32,000 nucleotides of DNA from Ktedonobacterales bacterium (GTDB lineage: Bacteria > Chloroflexota > Ktedonobacteria > Ktedonobacterales > JADMIN01): NCBI GenBank assembly GCA_030167145.1, contig CP126532.1, forward strand, positions 870,001-902,000, in the 5' to 3' direction. The notes under the pieces are model-generated. The model made no database searches and was not told the origin of the DNA. It saw only the letters and a list, made by a program, of their open reading frames with translations. Positions 27,103 through 32,000 of the stretch are shown piece by piece. Position numbers and translations under genes: made by a program. How positions within the stretch are numbered: the first letter of the stretch is position 1; each line of letters begins with the position of its first letter.

Positions 27103-27282
27103 GCGGGCGATTTGAGTCGTGCGATGGGCGTCCACCGTATGTCCCTACGGATGACGGCCTATAGCGTGCTATGATGTGCGACGAACACAGCGGCCATAGC
27201 GGTGTGCGGGAGACACAGCAGAGAAAGGGGTGGGCGCGGCTTTCCGGCGATATGCTTGCAGAGCCGCGTTCGCAGCGAATAG

Positions 27283-28797
27283 ATGAGCATGTTCGCGAAA
27301 CTCTTTGGCGGTTCGGATCGGGGCGCTCAGCGGACGGATCGTGATGCGGGCGCACAGGTGGGCGCTGCGCCCCAGGCCGCGCCGCTGTCTACGTCGGTTG
27401 CGCCTGAAGCAGTCCGCATGGCGTCTGATGTGCGGCGGGCCGATGTTGTCGTGGTGGGCGCAGGTCTCGCGGGGCTGAGCGCGGCGCGGGCGTTGGTGGC
27501 GGCGGGCGCGGACGCGCTGGTGCTCGAAGCGCGCGACCGCGTGGGCGGACGCACTTTCACTCGCCCGGCAGCGGATGGCACGCTGCTCGACCTGGGCGGC
27601 CAGTGGATTGGTCCTACGCAGCAGCGCATAAAGGCGCTCGCCGATGCCGTGGGCGCGGCGACCTTCAAGACCTATGACAGCGGCAGCAATGTGCAGTTTC
27701 AGGACGGCCAGCGCGTCACCTACTCCGGCGCGATTCCCACCGCCGATGCCAGCGTCACAGGCGAGATCATCGAAGCAATGCTGACGCTGAATATGATGTC
27801 GCTCGATGTACCACTCGAAGCGCCCTGGCGGGCTGAATCCGCCGCCGAATGGGACGCGCAGACCGTCGCTACGTGGATTCGGGCCAATGTCACCACGCCT
27901 GGCGCACGGGCGCTGCTGGAGCTAGCCGTGCAGGCGGTTTTCTCGGCTGAGGCGCGCGACCTCTCGCTGCTGCACTTCCTTTTCTACTGCCATTCCGCTG
28001 GCGGCCTGCGCGATTTGCTGGGCGTCACCAGCGGCGCGCAGGAGAGCCGTTTCACCCTCGGCGCGCAACACATCTCCAATCGGGTCGCAGCAGAACTGGG
28101 TGAGCGCGTCATCCTCAACGCTCCGGTCCACACCGTCACCCAGGATGAACGCGGCATCACCATCGCAGGCGACACGATTGCCGTCACCGCTGAGCGGGCA
28201 ATCATCGCCCTCCCGCCGACGCTGGCGGGACGGCTGCGCTACCGCCCCGCGCTCCCTGGCTACCGCGATCAACTGACGCAGCGCATGCCAATGGGCAGCG
28301 TCTATAAGGTACAGTGCATCTACGACGCGCCGTTCTGGCGCGACGAAGGGCTGACGGGCCAGGTGTCCAGCGACAGCGGCGCGATTCGCATCACATTCGA
28401 TAACTCGCCCGCAAGCGGCTCGCCAGGCGTGCTGCTGGGCTTCATCGAGGGCGACGAGGCGCGATATTGGGGCCGCCGCAGCGCCGACGAGCGCCGCGAC
28501 GCCGCGCTGGCGTGTCTCGCGCGCTACTTCGGCGAGTGGGCCGGGCAGCCGCGTGAATATGTCGAACACTCGTGGGCTGAGGAGGAATATTCGCGGGGAT
28601 GCTATGCGGGCTACATGCCTCCCGGCGTCTGGACGGCGTATGGCGAAGCATTGCGCGAGCCAATCGGGCGCATCCACTGGGCGGGCACGGAGACCGCGAC
28701 AATCTGGAACGGCTACATGGACGGCGCGGTGCAATCCGGCGAGCGCGCCGCCGCCGAAGCGTTGGCGGCGCTGGGCGCGCGCCCGACGACGCCATAA
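27283..28797 (+). CDS. Flavin-containing amine oxidase (MAO/putrescine-oxidase-like)
   Basis: The FAD motif DVVVVGAGLAGLSAARAL...LEARDRVGGR and the C-terminal HWAGTETA...GYMDGAVQSGERAA are typical of the family. ATG 27418 is an alternative start that would remove a 45-aa low-complexity N-terminus. Confidence 0.85.
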   Translation: MSMFAKLFGGSDRGAQRTDRDAGAQVGAAPQAAPLSTSVAPEAVRMASDVRRADVVVVGAGLAGLSAARALVAAGADALVLEARDRVGGRTFTRPAADGTLLDLGGQWIGPTQQRIKALADAVGAATFKTYDSGSNVQFQDGQRVTYSGAIPTADASVTGEIIEAMLTLNMMSLDVPLEAPWRAESAAEWDAQTVATWIRANVTTPGARALLELAVQAVFSAEARDLSLLHFLFYCHSAGGLRDLLGVTSGAQESRFTLGAQHISNRVAAELGERVILNAPVHTVTQDERGITIAGDTIAVTAERAIIALPPTLAGRLRYRPALPGYRDQLTQRMPMGSVYKVQCIYDAPFWRDEGLTGQVSSDSGAIRITFDNSPASGSPGVLLGFIEGDEARYWGRRSADERRDAALACLARYFGEWAGQPREYVEHSWAEEEYSRGCYAGYMPPGVWTAYGEALREPIGRIHWAGTETATIWNGYMDGAVQSGERAAAEALAALGARPTTP

Positions 28798-28882
28798 CAG
28801 CGCGCGTTAGACGCTGATAGTGTTGTAGAGTGAATGGGGTCGCTCGGTTGACATAGCCAAGAAGTGAGGAAAGGCTTCTTCG

Positions 28883-29740
28883 ATGCTCCATCAGCTTTCG
28901 CCAGCAAACGTTCATCTCGCCCGTCCGGTATTCGGCGCTGACAGCCACCTGGCAGTTACCGCTGCTCTGGCTGGTGAGGCGCCAGCGGAACTCTTTGTAG
29001 ATGATCCGCTCGCGCCGCAAGCAGGTGTCCTCATTCTCTGGAATCATCGTATCTATTTGGCGGGCATGCCGACTAGCGCGGCGTTTTCGCAGGCATTCGC
29101 GGCTCTGCTGCGTGAGCGCTACCTTCCGCTCGCCAGTGAGACTGAACCCTTTGCTTGCGTCATCACCTATACGCCCAGCGCGTGGGAAGAGCAGTTGCCT
29201 CATCTTTTCGCGGATGTTGCCTCGCAACGCGCGGAACGCCAATATTACCGCCTGCGACTTCGCGAGCCAGTGCAGCCACCCACGCTGCCGGAGGGCTTTG
29301 TATTGCGGAAGGTTGATGCAGCGCTCGTAGCAGAATCCACGCTCGGCAATCATCAATATCTTGTGGCGGAAATGCAATCGGAAGCGCCGTCGGTTGCCGC
29401 TTTTTTGGAGCGTAAGTTCGGCTATTGCCTCCAGTATGGGCAGGAACTGGTGGGCTGGTGCCTCTCCGAATATAACCACGCGGACCGCTGCGAGCTAGGT
29501 ATCGAAACACATCCTGCATTTCAGCGTCGGGGCCTGGCGACCGCGACGGCACTGGCGACTATTGGTTATGCCCAATCCCAGGGCATTACGGAGGTTGGAT
29601 GGCACTGCTGGGCGAAGAATATCGCCTCAAGTGGCCTTGCGCAGAAGCTCGGCTTTGAAAAGGTGGAGGATTATCCGGTGTGGTATTGTCGGTTTGGTGA
29701 GCGACCCACCTCAGAATCAACCACCAGCCAGCAAAACTAA
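28883..29740 (+). CDS. GNAT family N-acetyltransferase (C-terminal GNAT domain)
   Basis: 285 aa. The C-terminal ELGIETHPAFQRRGLATATALA...NIASSGLAQKLGFEKV is a clear GNAT core. Confidence 0.75.
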   Translation: MLHQLSPANVHLARPVFGADSHLAVTAALAGEAPAELFVDDPLAPQAGVLILWNHRIYLAGMPTSAAFSQAFAALLRERYLPLASETEPFACVITYTPSAWEEQLPHLFADVASQRAERQYYRLRLREPVQPPTLPEGFVLRKVDAALVAESTLGNHQYLVAEMQSEAPSVAAFLERKFGYCLQYGQELVGWCLSEYNHADRCELGIETHPAFQRRGLATATALATIGYAQSQGITEVGWHCWAKNIASSGLAQKLGFEKVEDYPVWYCRFGERPTSESTTSQQN

Positions 29741-29763
29741 CGCACATGAGGAGCATCGGTGAT

Positions 29764-30126
29764 ATGGCAACCAAACAAGAACTCCGTGAGGCGCTCGACG
29801 ACTACGTGAAGCGCGCCCAGGCCAGCGAGCGTGTGCGCCGGACCCTCAAAGGCTGGAACTGCGTTATGCACATCCAGGCGAGCGATGTACCAGAGGCCGC
29901 CTTCACGTCTACAGTGAGGAGTGGCGAGCTGATCGGCGTCGAAGACGGATTGATCGGGCAGGCTGACCTCATCATTCGTGGCAGCAGCGAAGACCTGGCG
30001 AATGTGTTTTGGGGTGATGAGAATCCGGCTTCAAACTATATGCAGGGCGCGATTCAGACGCAGGGTTCGCAGGATGACGTGATGCGCCTGGACGCGATGG
30101 CGATGTTCATCTATCTTGGCCAGTGA
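29764..30126 (+). CDS. SCP2 sterol-binding domain-containing protein
   Basis: 120 aa from ATG 29764 (GAGGAG 8 nt upstream; the ORF is open from 29746). G.ADL.I.GS.EDL..+..G..NP...YM.G....+G pattern. The stop codon lies in the first unit of the tandem repeat. Confidence 0.7.
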   Translation: MATKQELREALDDYVKRAQASERVRRTLKGWNCVMHIQASDVPEAAFTSTVRSGELIGVEDGLIGQADLIIRGSSEDLANVFWGDENPASNYMQGAIQTQGSQDDVMRLDAMAMFIYLGQ

Positions 30127-30191
30127 GCTATCTCGGCCAGTGAGCTATCTCGGCCAGTGAGCTATCTCGGCCAGTGAGCTATCTCGGCCAG
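30118..30191 (+). repeat. Perfect 17-bp tandem repeat (GGCCAGTGAGCTATCTC) x4 plus a partial fifth unit
   Basis: Units at 30118-30134, 30135-30151, 30152-30168 and 30169-30185 are identical. GGCCAG at 30186-30191 is a partial unit, and a degenerate partial unit lies just upstream (30110-30117). Confidence 0.95.
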
Positions 30192-30351
30192 GGAGCGCGT
30201 TCAGCAGAGTGCCTACGCAATCCAACCCTCTCTAGCCATAGGCGCTTTTCCCGTATACATCAACGACCGCTTCTGTCATACTCGCACAGAACTCTCCATC
30301 AGCCCGTTCATGCGCGGGCGATAGTCGGAGGATCTGAGTGGGAGGATAGCA

Positions 30352-31680
30352 GTGCGGTTAACGAGCGAACAGGTGCTGGCGCTGGCTCCTGATGCCAGTT
30401 CCGCCGCCGCTGGAAAGAAGCAGGCCAATCCGCGCGTCTGGCGCAACCTGGGCCAGAACGAGCATGCCGCCTGGGGCGAGTGCCAGGGCAGCGCGGTGTA
30501 TCAGGTGCGCGTGGAGCTAGAGACCTTCACGGTGAAATGTACCTGCCCCAGCCATAAGTTCCCTTGCAAGCACGGCCTCGGCCTGCTGCTGCTGGCCGCC
30601 GATGGCAAGACTGTGCCCGCAGCGGAGCCGCCCGAATGGGTCGCCTCGTGGCTGGCCAAGCGCGCCGCGACCGAAAGCGCCAAACGCGAAAAAGTGGCGG
30701 AATCGGCGAAAGCGGCAGACGACGCGCCTACCAAAGAGCAGCTCAAGCGGATCGAGAAGCGCGAAAATCTTGTCGCGCACGGCCTGGATGCGCTGGACCT
30801 CTGGCTTAGCGATTTGATGCGCAATGGGCTTGCGGGACTCGAAGGGCAGCCCGTCACTTTTTGGGAGCGGCAGGCCGCGCAGATGGTGGATAGCCAGGCC
30901 CAAGGTATCGCGGGCCGGATTCGTAGCATGGCGGAAATTCCCGGCTCCGTTCCGGACTGGCCCGCGAAGCTGCTCGGCCAGCTTGGCCGCCTCGCGCTGC
31001 TCAGCCACAGCTACCGCCGTGGTGATGCGCTGGACCCCGCGCTGCGCGAAGATGTGCGCCAACTGACCGGCTGGACGCTCAAAGAGGACGAGGTTACGGC
31101 GCGCGGCGAGACCGTGACCGATGACTGGCTGCTGCTGGGCCAGCACATTGAGGACGAAGAGCGGGGCAAGGCGCAGCGCACCTGGCTGCTCGGCGTGCAG
31201 AGCCTTCGCCCGGCGTTGATCCTCCAGTTCTCGTTCATGAACCAGCCGCTCAAGGAGATGCTGGCGCCGGGTATCCGGCAGCATGGCGATCTCAGCTTCT
31301 GGCCGGGGGCAGCGCCGTTGCGCGCGCACTTCTCCGCACGCTCCGCTGATACCGCTCCCATTAGCGCGTTGCCCGGCCATGAGAGCATCGAGGTGTTTCT
31401 GGGCAGCGCCGCTGCCCTGCTGGCGCGCCAGCCCTGGCACGAGCGCTTTTTGTGTTCCCTGCGCAACGTTACCCCCATCTACGACATCACGCGCGACCGC
31501 TGGCACATCCGCGACTCAACCGGCGCGGCCTTACCGCTGCGCTCCGGCGGCCACTGGCGCTTGCTCGCCATATCTGGCGGCGCGCCCGTGGATTTCGCGG
31601 GCGAATGGGATGGCGAAACGCTGCTTCCCCTGGGTGCGTTGGCCGCGAACGAGTATTACCTGCTAGGGCAAGGAGCCTGA
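30352..31680 (+). CDS. SWIM zinc finger family protein
   Basis: GTG start with GGGAGGA 5 nt upstream. The CxCx6CxH SWIM signature CTCPSHKFPCKH is at nt 30538-30573. The roughly 350-aa helical C-terminal region is not recognised. Confidence 0.8.
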   Translation: MRLTSEQVLALAPDASSAAAGKKQANPRVWRNLGQNEHAAWGECQGSAVYQVRVELETFTVKCTCPSHKFPCKHGLGLLLLAADGKTVPAAEPPEWVASWLAKRAATESAKREKVAESAKAADDAPTKEQLKRIEKRENLVAHGLDALDLWLSDLMRNGLAGLEGQPVTFWERQAAQMVDSQAQGIAGRIRSMAEIPGSVPDWPAKLLGQLGRLALLSHSYRRGDALDPALREDVRQLTGWTLKEDEVTARGETVTDDWLLLGQHIEDEERGKAQRTWLLGVQSLRPALILQFSFMNQPLKEMLAPGIRQHGDLSFWPGAAPLRAHFSARSADTAPISALPGHESIEVFLGSAAALLARQPWHERFLCSLRNVTPIYDITRDRWHIRDSTGAALPLRSGGHWRLLAISGGAPVDFAGEWDGETLLPLGALAANEYYLLGQGA

Positions 31681-31683
31681 ATC

Positions 31684-32000
31684 ATGCACGATCTGCTCAC
31701 GACGGCTCTGGTCGGCACGGCCCAGGCGGGAGCCGTCAGCCCAACCACTGATACCGAAGTTGATACACTAACCGAACAATTACCAGCAGATGACGCCGAG
31801 CGCAGGCTGCTGCTCACCGCTGGCGCGGCTGCAATGTATGCGCTCGCGGGCTACGTGCCCGAAATGCTGGCCGCGACTCCCGAACCCGCTTCGGCTGAGA
31901 CGCTGCCAGCATGCTCACCTGGCACGACAGTGCTACTTCGCGACCTACTCGCCAACCGTCAAGGCGTCCTGCTGCCAGAGGCGCTGGCGCGTCTGCAAAA
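31684..32000 (+). CDS. DUF5691-like protein, 5' partial (continues beyond window)
   Basis: ATG 31684 lies 9 nt after AAGGAG and 3 nt after the SWIM stop. The frame stays open to the window end. The N-terminus MHDLLTTALVGTAQAG... resembles the LLxxALLGT start of DUF5691 as I recall it. This ORF is not in the supplied track because it has no stop. Confidence 0.6.
   Translation, partial: MHDLLTTALVGTAQAGAVSPTTDTEVDTLTEQLPADDAERRLLLTAGAAAMYALAGYVPEMLAATPEPASAETLPACSPGTTVLLRDLLANRQGVLLPEALARLQ

Noticed and set aside
30118-30191. Possible CRISPR array.
   Set aside because: The units are directly abutting 17-mers with no spacers, far shorter than CRISPR repeats, and there are no cas genes in the window.

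Overview
High-GC (about two-thirds G+C by eye, not computed) bacterial chromosomal segment that is densely coded. The gene content (Uma2 endonuclease, Ycf45-like R3H ATPase, PdxST, fused KorA, short repeats that read as GEGPGER in spurious ORFs) suggests a Chloroflexota-like terrabacterium, but that is inference only. I support 1 tRNA and 31 CDS. They comprise tRNA-Glu(CUC) with a terminator; a membrane protein; tdk; polA; a minus-strand DUF3830/adenine deaminase/amidohydrolase operon; small PLDc_N and DUF2277 genes; VOC and GNAT genes; korAB; a low-GC patch holding two convergent overlapping secreted or membrane orphan genes; a BON protein; an SDR; Uma2; a type II toxin-antitoxin pair; an M20 peptidase; pdxS and pdxT; a tandem GNAT-like gene overlapping a SpoIIIAA/Ycf45-like R3H ATPase; a Pro-rich membrane protein; a permuted-papain-like gene; a flavin amine oxidase; a GNAT; an SCP2 protein; and finally a SWIM zinc-finger gene coupled to a DUF5691-like gene that runs off the window end. 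I saw no rRNA, CRISPR array, or intact transposase or phage genes. Many long ORFs in the track are antisense shadows, as expected in GC-rich DNA. Seven items seem most worth a second look. (1) The SWIM/DUF5691 pair is the leading edge of a conserved module with no assigned function. (2) A perfect 17-bp x4 tandem repeat is fused to the SCP2 stop codon just upstream of that module. (3) A 225-bp element with 19-bp perfect terminal inverted repeats sits in a 766-nt gene-free gap upstream of pdxS. (4) A dispersed REP-like hairpin repeat occurs twice. (5) A low-GC island carries two convergent genes that overlap by 123 nt. (6) DUF3830 is translationally coupled to adenine deaminase. (7) The thymidine kinase has a non-canonical Walker A motif.
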